64,000 nucleotides of DNA. It comes from an uncultured Bacilli bacterium. GTDB lineage: Bacteria > Bacillota_I > Bacilli_A > RF39 > UBA660. Position 1 is the stretch's first letter, and every line of letters begins with the position of its first letter. Under the pieces are notes generated by a model. The model made no database searches and had not been told where the DNA came from. It saw only the letters and a program-made list of their open reading frames with translations. Below are positions 26,910 to 37,382 of the stretch, one piece after another. Location of the stretch: NCBI GenBank assembly GCA_947629235.1, contig CANRCX010000002.1:20824-84823 (forward strand), given 5' to 3'. A program made the position numbers and the translations under genes.

Positions 26910-28493
26910 GTGGTAATAAAGAAACCATATGCTTTTTTGATAAGAAACTTTAGGATAATACATGCCGTACTTTTTGCCATGCTTTTATATTTGACAATAA
27001 GTACTTTTGGTATTTATTCATTCTTTAGTGATTATGCAACTAACCATTATTATATAAATACAGGTAATTTAGCTAGTGATAATATTAGCTTTTTTATGTA
27101 TTTAGCAGCACTAGTAGCACTTGGTGTATCATCACTAATTTATTTTATATTAGCTTTAAAGAAAAAGAGTACAAAGATATATTTGATTGTTGCTATATAT
27201 TGTGTAATTTTAATGGTTTATTTTGCATATATGACATCTGTATTTAATGGTTTAGCAGTAGAATCATTAGATGTCGAAAGTGTAAGAGCATTAAGAGATA
27301 TAGGTTTAATAATTTTATTACCGCAAATAGTATTTTTATTTATAATATTAGGTAGAACTTTAGGATTTAATTTAAAACAATTTGATTTTAAAAAAGATTT
27401 AGAAGAATTACAAATAGATCAAAGTGATTATGAAGAAGTTGAAGTAACACTAGGAACAGATACTTATAAAATAGCAAGAACTATTAGAAAAGCAATTAGA
27501 TATTTGAAATATATAATGATAGAAAACAAATTATTTATGATAGGCTTAATATCAGTTTTTATATTAGGAATTTCAATATTTGTTATAGCTAAAATAGATA
27601 TTCCAGATGTAGAATATTCTAATGGAGAATTTTATGCTAATAATGCATTCTTTACTGTTCAAGATAGTTATATAACAGATACTGATATGAACAATAATGT
27701 AATAAATAATGGAAAATATTATTTAATAATTAATATTAAAATAAGTAATAAATATAGTAATCTTGTTTCACTTAATAGAGACACATTTAGAATAGATGTT
27801 AATAGTAAATTGTTATTACCAAGTTTTAATTATAATGATAAATTTATGGATATGGGAACAACATTCACACCTAGTGATATAATGCCAGGTGAAGAAAAAG
27901 ACTATGTAGTTATATTTGAAATAGATGAAAGTGATAAGAAAAAAGAATATATTTTAAAAATTAATAATATAACTAGTAGTGAACCATATAAAGATGTATT
28001 AGTTAATCCAACAGATTTAACTAAGATTAGTGATAAAGGTACTTTACTTTTACCAAATGATGCTGATTTTAAAGATACAGTACTTGGTAATTCAAAATTA
28101 ACTATTAGATCTTATGAAATTGCAAATAAATTCAAAGAAAAATATAATTATTGTATAGAAGATAAATGTAATACAGCTGTTTATTCAATAGCTCCAAAAT
28201 CTAATAATAAAGGTGGCTTATCAGTTTTAAAATTACAAACATCACTTAATATGGATAAAACAGTATATGTAAATAAATTTATTACATATCCAGAAGACTT
28301 ATTAAATTATTATGGATTTCTTAGATATAGAATATCAGGTAAATATAAAACAACTAGTTTAAATAAATTAGATGTTGATATTGAAAAGAATGAATATGCA
28401 TACTTTGAAATACCATCTGAACTTGAAAATGCAACAAAAATTGAATTAATTTTATTAATTAGGGGCATAAAATATACATTTGTGTTGAAATAA
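26910..28493 (+). CDS. Polytopic membrane protein with extracytoplasmic DUF4352-like beta domains (tentative)
   Basis: It has a GTG start 10 nt after AGGGAG and five TM segments. The segment ..YYLIINIKISNK..LNRDTFRIDV..MPGEEKDYVVIFEI.. resembles DUF4352. Confidence 0.45.
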   Translation: MVIKKPYAFLIRNFRIIHAVLFAMLLYLTISTFGIYSFFSDYATNHYYINTGNLASDNISFFMYLAALVALGVSSLIYFILALKKKSTKIYLIVAIYCVILMVYFAYMTSVFNGLAVESLDVESVRALRDIGLIILLPQIVFLFIILGRTLGFNLKQFDFKKDLEELQIDQSDYEEVEVTLGTDTYKIARTIRKAIRYLKYIMIENKLFMIGLISVFILGISIFVIAKIDIPDVEYSNGEFYANNAFFTVQDSYITDTDMNNNVINNGKYYLIINIKISNKYSNLVSLNRDTFRIDVNSKLLLPSFNYNDKFMDMGTTFTPSDIMPGEEKDYVVIFEIDESDKKKEYILKINNITSSEPYKDVLVNPTDLTKISDKGTLLLPNDADFKDTVLGNSKLTIRSYEIANKFKEKYNYCIEDKCNTAVYSIAPKSNNKGGLSVLKLQTSLNMDKTVYVNKFITYPEDLLNYYGFLRYRISGKYKTTSLNKLDVDIEKNEYAYFEIPSELENATKIELILLIRGIKYTFVLK

Positions 28494-28527
28494 TGCATAT
28501 AATTTGATATAATCATTTATATGCGAT

Positions 28528-28601
28528 GGAACCATAGCCAAGTGGTAAGGCCCCGGTCTGCAACACCGTCATCGCCAGTTCGAATCTGGCTGGTTCCTCC
28601 A
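28528..28601 (+). tRNA. tRNA-Cys (GCA)
   Basis: The 74-nt cloverleaf has acceptor GGAACCA/TGGTTCC, anticodon loop CTGCAAC, T arm GCCAG-TTCGAAT-CTGGC and an encoded CCA. It is preceded by TTGAAA, a 17-nt spacer and TATAAT, and followed by a hairpin plus T run at 28611-28641. Confidence 0.9.
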
Positions 28602-28766
28602 AGAGAAAATAAGGGTTTATGATTACTCATAAGCCTTTTTATTTTGATTTAGTGACGGATTTGTGACGAATTAACTAAAAAAACTCAAAAAAATTTATAA
28701 AAAAATTCTTACAATATGATATAATAATTTTGAAAATAAAATAGAAATAAATATATGAGGTAATTT

Positions 28767-29414
28767 ATGATTGAATCTAAAAATATTATTATAAAATATG
28801 ATATGTATGAAGAATATTTTAATACTTTAATTAATGATTTAGAAAAGAATATCTTAAGAGTTTTTGATTTTTTTAAAATAGATAAAATAGATAATAAAAT
28901 TACTATAGAAATTATATCTAAAAAGGAAAAATTTGATGAATTATTTTTTGATATACATAAATTCAAACCAGACTTAAATGCTATTGGATTTTATCATAAT
29001 AATAGAGTAATATATTTATCATTTTCAGACTTTAAAAATACTAATCATATTAATGATACATATGAAGATTATATAAATATATTAATCCATGAATGTACTC
29101 ATTATGTTCATTCGCAATATACTAATGATAAAATGTCATTAAGATGTATAAATGAAGGGCTTGCTTTATTTATAGGTCATCAATATTCAGAAATAGATTA
29201 TAATAAATTTAATTGTAAAATTGATAGTTTATTAAATCAAGAAAATATAGATTATTATAATTACTACTTATTATTTAATTTTATATATGAAAATTATGAT
29301 AGAGAAACATTATTTAAATTTATTAGTGATAAACAATATGCAATTGATAATATGGAAAAAGTATACAAAGATATAATAAATAAGTATAATTTAAATACCA
29401 CTATTACTATGTAA
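28767..29414 (+). CDS. Hypothetical protein with HExxH motif (possible metallopeptidase)
   Basis: LIHECTHYVH is present. No family was confidently recognised. Confidence 0.4.
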   Translation: MIESKNIIIKYDMYEEYFNTLINDLEKNILRVFDFFKIDKIDNKITIEIISKKEKFDELFFDIHKFKPDLNAIGFYHNNRVIYLSFSDFKNTNHINDTYEDYINILIHECTHYVHSQYTNDKMSLRCINEGLALFIGHQYSEIDYNKFNCKIDSLLNQENIDYYNYYLLFNFIYENYDRETLFKFISDKQYAIDNMEKVYKDIINKYNLNTTITM

Positions 29415-29493
29415 TATAAATTAATTAAAATATTTGATACATTTTATTAATTTTATAGTATACTATTATAAATATTTAAAAAGGTGTTAGTTT

Positions 29494-30099
29494 ATGAATG
29501 AATCATATTATAAATTAGAATTAGAAGAATTAAATAAAATAAAAGAGCCCAAAAAACTACTTTTACATAGTTGTTGTGCTCCTTGTAGTAGTCATGTTAT
29601 AACATATTTAACTAAATATTTTGATATAACAATATTTTATTATAATCCAAATATATCTCCTAAAGAAGAATATGATAAAAGAAAAGAAGAACAAATTAGA
29701 TTAATTAGTGAATTAAAAACAGAAAATAAATTAGATATAATTGATTGTGATTATGATAATGATTTGTATGAAAAATCTATTAAAGGTTATGAAAATTGTC
29801 CTGAAAGGGGCGATAGATGTACTATATGTTTTAAATTAAGACTTGATAAAACTGCTAAAATAGCAAAAGAATTAAACTATGATTATTTTTGTTCAACACT
29901 TAGTGTAAGCCCATATAAGAATTCAAAATTAATAAATGAAATAGGAAAAGAAATGGAAGAAAAATATAATATTAAATGGTTATATAGTGATTTTAAAAAA
30001 GAAGATGGATATAAAAAATCAATTGAATTATCTAAAAAATATAATTTATATAGACAAGATTATTGTGGATGTAAATATTCAATTAGAAAGAAAGATTAA
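29494..30099 (+). CDS. queH: Epoxyqueuosine reductase QueH (DUF208)
   Basis: LLLHSCCAPCSS, the CTICF region and the C-terminal DYCGC fit QueH. Confidence 0.85.
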   Translation: MNESYYKLELEELNKIKEPKKLLLHSCCAPCSSHVITYLTKYFDITIFYYNPNISPKEEYDKRKEEQIRLISELKTENKLDIIDCDYDNDLYEKSIKGYENCPERGDRCTICFKLRLDKTAKIAKELNYDYFCSTLSVSPYKNSKLINEIGKEMEEKYNIKWLYSDFKKEDGYKKSIELSKKYNLYRQDYCGCKYSIRKKD

Positions 30100-30153
30100 A
30101 ACTTTCTTTTTTATTTTAAAAAAATAATATATAATATATTTAGGAGAATAATT

Positions 30154-30855
30154 ATGAAATTAGCAGTTTTTACAGATATACATGGAAATTATGAAGCATT
30201 AAATATAATAATTAATCATATTAATAAAAATAATTATGATAAAGTTATATTTTTAGGTGACGCGATAGGCCTTGGTGTAGATAGTGATTTATGTTTAAAA
30301 TTAATTAAAAAAAATAATATTAAGTTTATAATTGGTAATCATGAATATTATTTTATTAAAGGTATAGAAAATATTAAAAGTTTAGATAAAAATAGATTAG
30401 AACATGAAATATGGACAAGAAATAATATTAAAACTAATATTAATAATTTAAAAGATTATAAATATGAATTAGAAATCAATAATATTAAATTTACATTTTT
30501 GCATTATTTTATGAATAATGATGAAGATTATCCATATGAACATTTATCAATATTAAGAAATAACGAATATAAAAAAGTTTTTGATAAAATAGATAGTGAT
30601 TATACATTTTATGGTCATTTACATGATGATAGATATGATGAAATAAATAATAAAAAGTATTATGGTTTAAATAGTAGTGGATGCGTAAAAGATGATAAAA
30701 CTTTTTATTATGAAATTAATATTTCAGAATATGTAAAAGTTAAAAAAATATATTTAAAATTTGATAGAAAACAATTAGAAAATAAACTTTTAAATACTGA
30801 ATTTCCTGATAAAAAGAAAATATTAAATGAGTGCTATGGAATTAGTATAAAATAA
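30154..30855 (+). CDS. Metallophosphoesterase (YfcE/MJ0936-like)
   Basis: MKLAVFTDIHGN, LGDAIG, GNHE and GHLH fit a metallophosphoesterase. Confidence 0.8.
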   Translation: MKLAVFTDIHGNYEALNIIINHINKNNYDKVIFLGDAIGLGVDSDLCLKLIKKNNIKFIIGNHEYYFIKGIENIKSLDKNRLEHEIWTRNNIKTNINNLKDYKYELEINNIKFTFLHYFMNNDEDYPYEHLSILRNNEYKKVFDKIDSDYTFYGHLHDDRYDEINNKKYYGLNSSGCVKDDKTFYYEINISEYVKVKKIYLKFDRKQLENKLLNTEFPDKKKILNECYGISIK

Positions 30856-30874
30856 AAAACTGATTTCTCAGTTT

Positions 30875-31849
30875 TTAACATTTTTTATTATCACATTTTT
30901 CACTTGAATACTCAATTTCTAATGTTGCATGGTGTATATCGTATGATAATAATTTCTTTTTAATTTCTTTTTTTAATGCTATAATTTCATCTTTATTTAA
31001 TTCTTTATTTAAATGAATATGTGCAGTCATACAATTATTAATACCATCTAAAGACCAAACATGTATATGATGAATATCTTTAATAGAATCTTTATAGTTT
31101 TCAATATCTTTTGTAATTGCTTCAATATTAATATTTTTTGGTACTTTTTCCATAAATATATCAAATACTTCTTTAATATTTCTATAAACATGATATAAAA
31201 TATATAAAGCTATTAATATTGATAAAATAGGATCAATAATTATCCAATTATATAATTTAATAAATATACTTCCAATAAGTACTGCTATCCATCCAAGTAC
31301 ATCTTCTAACATATGAAGATTAATTGATTTTTCATTATGATTGTGACTTCTAGAAGTCTTATATGCAGCATAACCATTAATAAATACACCAAATATAGCA
31401 AATATAATCATAGCATCATGATTAATTTCTTCTGGATGAATAAGTCTCGGAATAGCATTATATAAAACAACAATTGATCCAGTAATTAATACCATAGATG
31501 TTATAATAGCACCAAGAAGAGAATATCTTAAATAACCAAATGTATATGTATTATCAGCAGATTTTTGACTTTTCTTTTCAAGTAAATATGAAATACCTAT
31601 TGAAAAAGAATCTCCTAAATCATGTATTGAATCAGTAAATATTGAAATACTATTTGTAAGAAAACCACCAATTGCTTCTAAAGCAGAAAATATTAAATTA
31701 AGAAAGAATGCAATCTTAATATTTTCTTTTGAATCATTATGATCATGTATATGACTATCTTCATGAGTACTTATATTTTCAATTTTCTCTTTTGAATCTA
31801 CTTCATTTATATCTTTATCTATATTATCTTTTTGTTTATTTTTTTTCAT
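30875..31849 (-). CDS. Cation diffusion facilitator (CzcD/ZitB-like) metal efflux transporter
   Basis: It has a His-rich N-terminus (HEDSHIHDHND), six TM segments with the HDLGDS and HMLEDVLG motifs, and a C-terminal cytoplasmic domain. Confidence 0.88.
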   Translation of the reverse strand: MKKNKQKDNIDKDINEVDSKEKIENISTHEDSHIHDHNDSKENIKIAFFLNLIFSALEAIGGFLTNSISIFTDSIHDLGDSFSIGISYLLEKKSQKSADNTYTFGYLRYSLLGAIITSMVLITGSIVVLYNAIPRLIHPEEINHDAMIIFAIFGVFINGYAAYKTSRSHNHNEKSINLHMLEDVLGWIAVLIGSIFIKLYNWIIIDPILSILIALYILYHVYRNIKEVFDIFMEKVPKNINIEAITKDIENYKDSIKDIHHIHVWSLDGINNCMTAHIHLNKELNKDEIIALKKEIKKKLLSYDIHHATLEIEYSSEKCDNKKC

Positions 31850-31947
31850 TTTTACCTCCTTAATAATTATAGCACGTTTGATATAATTTCGTTAATATTT
31901 ATTGAATAAATACATAAATTTTAGTATAATATCGTTGGTGAAAACAA

Positions 31948-32085
31948 ATGGCAGAATTAATAAAAACTTTAGCAGCAACAAATCCTGATTTTACATTAGA
32001 AGTTTCTATATTATTAGGTATAGTAGTATTTTTATTAATTGCAATTATTATGCTTACTATAGTTAAAAAAATGAAAGATAAATAA
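31948..32085 (+). CDS. Unlisted 45-aa single-TM micro-protein immediately upstream of the LtaS-like gene
   Basis: ATG 31948 follows a GGTGA RBS and encodes MAELIKTLAATNPDFTLEVSILLGIVVFLLIAIIMLTIVKKMKDK. The TAA stop at 32083-32085 lies 2 nt before ATG 32088. It is absent from the ORF track, presumably because of a length cut-off. Confidence 0.5.
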   Translation: MAELIKTLAATNPDFTLEVSILLGIVVFLLIAIIMLTIVKKMKDK

Positions 32086-32087
32086 AA

Positions 32088-34028
32088 ATGAATAAAAAAA
32101 TAAATATTTTATATTGGTGGATTTTTCTAATTATATATTTAGAAGTTATTTATAAGTTTTTTATTATGAATAACTTATTTTCTTATACAACAATTTCAGT
32201 TATTATATTTTGTATTCCATTAATATTAATATTTGCATTATTTAGTAGTTTATTTAATGAAAAGATAAATAGAATAATTACATATTTAATATCAATATTT
32301 TTAATTATAATAGTACTCTCTCAAATAGTATATTTTAAATTTTATAGTTCAATATTTTCAATATTTTCACTAACAGCTGGTGGTACAGGACAAATAATGG
32401 AATTTTATAATGCTATTATTAAGGTAATACTTAGAATATGGTATATATTTATATTAGTATTTATTCCTTTTATATTATTTATTGCTTTTAATAAATATTT
32501 TAGCTATAAAAAAATTAATCTAAAAAATACTTTTAAATATTTATTAACTTTTATTATTTCATTACTTTTAATTATATTAGATATTAAATTAGATAAAGAT
32601 TATTATTCATTAAATAAACTTTTATATAAGACACACTCACCAGTACTTACTATAAATAAAGTTGGTTTATTAAATATGGAAATAATAGATTTATATAGAT
32701 ATATATTTAAATTTGAAGAAAAAATAAATGATAGTATAATAAATAAATCTATTTATGATGAAAATAAATATAATGTAATTAATATTGATTTTGATGAATT
32801 AATTAAAAATGATAATGATAAAACTATTAATAATATGCATAAATATTTTAGTAATCAAATTCCAACAAATAAAAATGAATATACAGGATTATTAAAAAAT
32901 AAAAATTTAATATTTATAACAGCTGAATCATTTGATACAATTGGTATTAATGAAGAATTAACACCAACATTATATAAACTTAAAAATAATTCATTTGTAT
33001 TTAACAATTATTATCAACCATTATATCCAATATCTACATTTGATGGTGAATATATGAATTTAACTAGTTTAATACCTAAAGAAGGAACATGGAGTTTATC
33101 ACAAACAAAAGATATGAATATGTTTTTATCTTTTGGAAATATATTTAATAAAATGAATTATAATACTTATGCTTTTCATAATTATAAATATGATTTTTAT
33201 GATAGACAATTATCACATAAAAATTTAGGATTTAATTATATGGGATGTGGAAATGGACTTGAAAAATTAATGGATTGTAATAATTGGCCTAATAGTGACT
33301 ATGAATTAATTGATTCAACTAGTGATATTTATTTAAAAGATGATAAGAATTTTGCTATTTATTATATGACTGTTAGTGGACATTTAGATTATAATTTTAA
33401 ATTAAATGATATAGCTAATAAAAATAAAAAATTAGTAGAAGATTTAAATTATAGAGATGCTGTTAAGGCTTATATAGCAACTCAAATTGAATTAGATAGA
33501 GCAGTAGAATTATTAATTAATAAATTAGAGTCATTAAATAAATTAAATGATACTTTAATAGTAATTGCACCTGATCATTATCCTTATGGTTTATCTTATA
33601 ATGAATTAAATGAAGTAAGTGAATCTGATAGAAGTGATATATTTGAAAATTATCATACAACACTTATTATGTATAATCCTACTATTGAAAGAACTGAAAT
33701 TAATAAATATGTAAGTGGAATAGATATAATTCCAACTTTATATAATTTATTTGGTATAGAGTATGATTCTAGATTATTTATGGGAAGTGATGTATTTAGT
33801 GATAGTGAAGGATTAGTAATGCTTTCTAATAGAAGTTTTATTACTGATAAAATAAAGTATAATTCTATTAATAAAAAATATATAAATTTAACTGATGAAA
33901 AAATAGATGACAATTATATAAAAGAAATAAATGATAAAGTAAATGATAAGTTTGCAATATCTTCATTAATACTTGATAAAAAGTATTATAATTTAATAGG
34001 AGAATATTATGAAAATAGAAGTAAATAA
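32088..34028 (+). CDS. LTA synthase-family sulfatase-domain membrane protein (LtaS-like phosphoglycerol transferase)
   Basis: Five N-terminal TM segments are followed by an extracellular sulfatase fold (FITAESFDT .. VSGHLDY .. APDHYPYG). Confidence 0.8.
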   Translation: MNKKINILYWWIFLIIYLEVIYKFFIMNNLFSYTTISVIIFCIPLILIFALFSSLFNEKINRIITYLISIFLIIIVLSQIVYFKFYSSIFSIFSLTAGGTGQIMEFYNAIIKVILRIWYIFILVFIPFILFIAFNKYFSYKKINLKNTFKYLLTFIISLLLIILDIKLDKDYYSLNKLLYKTHSPVLTINKVGLLNMEIIDLYRYIFKFEEKINDSIINKSIYDENKYNVINIDFDELIKNDNDKTINNMHKYFSNQIPTNKNEYTGLLKNKNLIFITAESFDTIGINEELTPTLYKLKNNSFVFNNYYQPLYPISTFDGEYMNLTSLIPKEGTWSLSQTKDMNMFLSFGNIFNKMNYNTYAFHNYKYDFYDRQLSHKNLGFNYMGCGNGLEKLMDCNNWPNSDYELIDSTSDIYLKDDKNFAIYYMTVSGHLDYNFKLNDIANKNKKLVEDLNYRDAVKAYIATQIELDRAVELLINKLESLNKLNDTLIVIAPDHYPYGLSYNELNEVSESDRSDIFENYHTTLIMYNPTIERTEINKYVSGIDIIPTLYNLFGIEYDSRLFMGSDVFSDSEGLVMLSNRSFITDKIKYNSINKKYINLTDEKIDDNYIKEINDKVNDKFAISSLILDKKYYNLIGEYYENRSK

Positions 34029-34824
34029 TTTAAATGTAGAAGAAGTATTATTTAGTGGTGAATGTTTTAGAGCAAGAAAAGAAAGTGATGGTTCTATTAC
34101 TAATATTTTAAAAGATAGAGTTATTAATATTAAACAAGACGGTAATATACTAACTATAGAATCTTCTAATTATGATAATTTAAAAGAAGTTATATATGAA
34201 TATTTTGATTTAAATAGAGATTATAATAAAATAAATTCTATCTTAGCAAGTAAAGATAAAAATATGAAAAATATGATAGATAAATGTTTAAATTTTAAAA
34301 TACTTAATCAAGATTCATTTGAAATGTGTATAAGTTATATAATAAGTCAAAATAATAATGTTAAAAGAATTAGTAATTCTGTTGAACAAATTGCTTTAAA
34401 ATATGGAAAAGAAGTAAAATTTAAAGATAAAATTTATCATTTATTTCCAACTTATGAAGAATTAAAAAATGTAACCAGTGAAGAATTTAAAACATTTGGA
34501 GTAGGTTTTAGAGATAAATATATAGTAAATTATTTAAATAGTTATAATGATTTAAAAGATATAGACAAGTTATCAACAGAAGATGCTTTAAAAGAATTAA
34601 TGAAAGTAAAAGGTATTGGTTTAAAAGTAGCTTCATGTATATTATTATTTGGATATAAAAGATTAGATGTATTTCCAATAGATACATGGGTAAAACAATA
34701 TATGATAGAACATTATAATATTAAAGATAGTCAAAAAGAAATAGAAAAGTTTGCTAGAGAAAAATTTGGTGAATATTCAGGATTAGTAATTCAATATATG
34801 TTTCATAGTCAAAGAAATATGTAA
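34009..34824 (+). CDS. ogg: 8-oxoguanine DNA glycosylase (HhH-GPD, clostridial Ogg type)
   Basis: HhH-GPD VKGIGLKVASCILLFGY..DVFPIDTWV, with the catalytic Lys and Asp in the OGG1-like positions. It overlaps the upstream gene by 20 nt. Confidence 0.75.
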   Translation: MKIEVNNLNVEEVLFSGECFRARKESDGSITNILKDRVINIKQDGNILTIESSNYDNLKEVIYEYFDLNRDYNKINSILASKDKNMKNMIDKCLNFKILNQDSFEMCISYIISQNNNVKRISNSVEQIALKYGKEVKFKDKIYHLFPTYEELKNVTSEEFKTFGVGFRDKYIVNYLNSYNDLKDIDKLSTEDALKELMKVKGIGLKVASCILLFGYKRLDVFPIDTWVKQYMIEHYNIKDSQKEIEKFAREKFGEYSGLVIQYMFHSQRNM

Positions 34825-34875
34825 AAATGATTGAAATAAAAAGTATATTATGATATTTTAATATTGAGGTATGAT

Positions 34876-35502
34876 ATGAAAGAAATTGTTTTAAATCATC
34901 CATTGATTACTCATAAGTTATCTATTTTAAGAGATAAAAATACAGGCACTAAAAAATTTAGAGAATTGATTAGTGAAATATCAATATTACTTTGTTATGA
35001 AGCTATGAAAGATGCAAAACTAAATAAAGTAACTATTGAAACACCACTTGAGAAGTATGAAACAAAATGTTTAAATGAGGACAATTATGCATTTGTTCCA
35101 ATATTAAGAGCTGGTATGAGTATGGTAGAAGGTATTATTAAAGTAGTACCAAATGCAAAAATAGGACACATTGGTTTATATAGAGATGAGAAAACTTTAG
35201 AACCAGTTGAATATTATTATAAAATGCCAGAAAATATTAATAAAAGAGAAGTATTCGTATTAGATCCAATGCTTGCAACTGGTGGAAGTGCAATCGCGAC
35301 AATTGATAGATTAAAAAAAGATGGTGTAAAGAAAATTAAATTTTTATGTGTAATAGCTAGTCCTATTGGCATAGAAAATTTAAAGAAAGCACATAGTGAT
35401 GTTGAAATATATTGTGCATCTGTAGATAGATGTTTAAATGATGTTGGTTATATACTTCCAGGACTAGGAGATGCTGGAGATAGAGTATATGGTACAAAGT
35501 AA
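34876..35502 (+). CDS. upp: Uracil phosphoribosyltransferase
   Basis: LRDKNT..FREL, ILRAG, the PRPP loop VLDPMLATGGSA and YILPGLGDAGDR fit Upp. ATG 34876 lies 5 nt after TGAGGT. Confidence 0.93.
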   Translation: MKEIVLNHPLITHKLSILRDKNTGTKKFRELISEISILLCYEAMKDAKLNKVTIETPLEKYETKCLNEDNYAFVPILRAGMSMVEGIIKVVPNAKIGHIGLYRDEKTLEPVEYYYKMPENINKREVFVLDPMLATGGSAIATIDRLKKDGVKKIKFLCVIASPIGIENLKKAHSDVEIYCASVDRCLNDVGYILPGLGDAGDRVYGTK

Positions 35503-35551
35503 CACTATTAATTAGTGTTCTTTTTATTTGTATTTGTGTTATAATTTATTT

Positions 35552-36184
35552 ATGATAAAGAAAATTATAAAAGAAAATAAGTGGTATTTATTATGTATTG
35601 TTTTAATAATAACAATATTGATAATATTAATGAGATCATCATTTAGTAATACTATTATGGCAATAGATAATAAAGTTATTAAATTAATGAATAATTCTGT
35701 TTACGATTTATTAACTAGTATATTTAAAATAATAACATTTTTTGGAGATTTTTATATACCAATTATAATAATCGTGTGTATATTAATATTTTTAAAGAAT
35801 AGATGGTATTTTTATTTATTAACTAGTGGATACGCAATTTCTGGAATAATTACTTATCTTTCAAAGCTATTAATTGGAAGGGCAAGACCTATTAGTGCAT
35901 TAATTGATATACCAAAAAGTTTTAGTTTTCCAAGTGGACATACTTTAACATCATTAGTTTTTTATATTTTACTTTGTTACTTATTAGTTTGTAATAAAGA
36001 TAAAAAAACAAAAACAATATTTATGTTAATAACAAGTTTATTTGTATTATTAATCGCAATATCAAGAATATATTTGGGTGTACATTATTTTTCTGATGTA
36101 ATAGGTGGATTTATAATTGGAATACCATATATATTATTTGTAATAAATGTAGTAAAAAAGAATTTTAAGGAGAAGTTATTATGA
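35552..36184 (+). CDS. PAP2-family phosphatase (BcrC/undecaprenyl-diphosphatase-like)
   Basis: KLLIGRARP, SFPSGHT and SRIYLGVHYFSDV fit PAP2. ATG 35552 lies 6 nt after the extended -10 TGtTATAAT, so the mRNA is possibly leaderless. TTG 35528 is an alternative start. Confidence 0.8.
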   Translation: MIKKIIKENKWYLLCIVLIITILIILMRSSFSNTIMAIDNKVIKLMNNSVYDLLTSIFKIITFFGDFYIPIIIIVCILIFLKNRWYFYLLTSGYAISGIITYLSKLLIGRARPISALIDIPKSFSFPSGHTLTSLVFYILLCYLLVCNKDKKTKTIFMLITSLFVLLIAISRIYLGVHYFSDVIGGFIIGIPYILFVINVVKKNFKEKLL

Positions 36185-37242
36185 AAGCATTAATTTTAGA
36201 AGGTGGTGGCGGTAAAGGAGCTTACGAAGCAGGTGCTATAAAAGCTTTAAATAAAAGAAAAATATTTTTTGATGGTGTAGGTGGAACATCAATCGGAGCT
36301 ATTAATGCTGTTTGTTACGCTGCTAGAAGTTGTGATGTAATGTATAAAATATGGCTTACTACTAATAGTGATGAACTATTTGGAATAGAAACTGAAATAT
36401 TAACAAATTTTTATAATAAAACATTTACAAGAGAAGATATAAAAAAGGGGCTAAAATCAGTTCATAATATAATTAAAAATAAAGGAATAGATACTGCTAA
36501 TATAAGAAATGTTCTAACTAAAAATATAAGTGAGAAAAAATTTAGAAAAAGTAAAATAGATTTTGGACTTAATACATTTAGTTTAAGTGATTTAAAGCCA
36601 GTTGAAGTATTTAAAGAAGATATACCAGAAGGTAAACTAATTGATTATGTTTTATCTAGTGCTTATTTACCATTCTTTAAATTTGAAAAAATAATAGATG
36701 ATAAATATTATGTAGATGGTGGAGTATATAGAAATACACCAATTGATATGTTTATTGATAAAGGTTATGATGAAATATTTGTTGTTAAAGCATGGAGAAC
36801 AAAATTAAAATATAAACATAAAAAGGGATTAAAAATAAATATAATTACTCCAAGAGAAAGTTTAGGATCAGTAGTTTTATTTGAACCTAGTGTTTCTGAG
36901 TATAGAATGAATTTAGGTTATTATGATACTTTAAAATTTTTAGATAATTTAGATGGAAATAAATATTATTTTAAAAATTATAGTGAAAAATATTATGATG
37001 GTTTATTTGATAAAGCAACATTAAAAAGAATGATAAAAAAATATAATAATGGACTAAATCCAAAATCAAATAAAATATTTATTTTAAAAATAATAGAAAG
37101 GATATGTAAAGAACAAAAATTAAATAGATTTAAAGTATATAATATGCCTTATTTAATTACTAAGTTAAAATATATATTATCAGGTAAAAGAAAAAATCAA
37201 TATTATGATTTTGTTAAGAATATAAAAGTAGATTTTGAATAA
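36181..37242 (+). CDS. Patatin-like phospholipase
   Basis: The oxyanion hole GGGGKGAYEAG, nucleophile GTSIGA and catalytic DGG are present. Confidence 0.85.
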   Translation: MKALILEGGGGKGAYEAGAIKALNKRKIFFDGVGGTSIGAINAVCYAARSCDVMYKIWLTTNSDELFGIETEILTNFYNKTFTREDIKKGLKSVHNIIKNKGIDTANIRNVLTKNISEKKFRKSKIDFGLNTFSLSDLKPVEVFKEDIPEGKLIDYVLSSAYLPFFKFEKIIDDKYYVDGGVYRNTPIDMFIDKGYDEIFVVKAWRTKLKYKHKKGLKINIITPRESLGSVVLFEPSVSEYRMNLGYYDTLKFLDNLDGNKYYFKNYSEKYYDGLFDKATLKRMIKKYNNGLNPKSNKIFILKIIERICKEQKLNRFKVYNMPYLITKLKYILSGKRKNQYYDFVKNIKVDFE

Positions 37243-37307
37243 AAATCTACTTTTTTGAATAAATATATTGAAAAATAATTATAATATGTTAAAATATTAT
37301 TACCAAT

Positions 37308-37382
37308 GCAGGTATAGTTCAACGGTTAGAATGTGGCCTTGCCAAGGCTAAGATGCCGGTTCGATTCCGGTTACTTGCTCCA
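37308..37382 (+). tRNA. tRNA-Gly (GCC)
   Basis: The 75-nt cloverleaf has acceptor GCAGGTA/TACTTGC, anticodon loop TTGCCAA, T arm GCCGG-TTCGATT-CCGGT and an encoded CCA. Confidence 0.9.
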
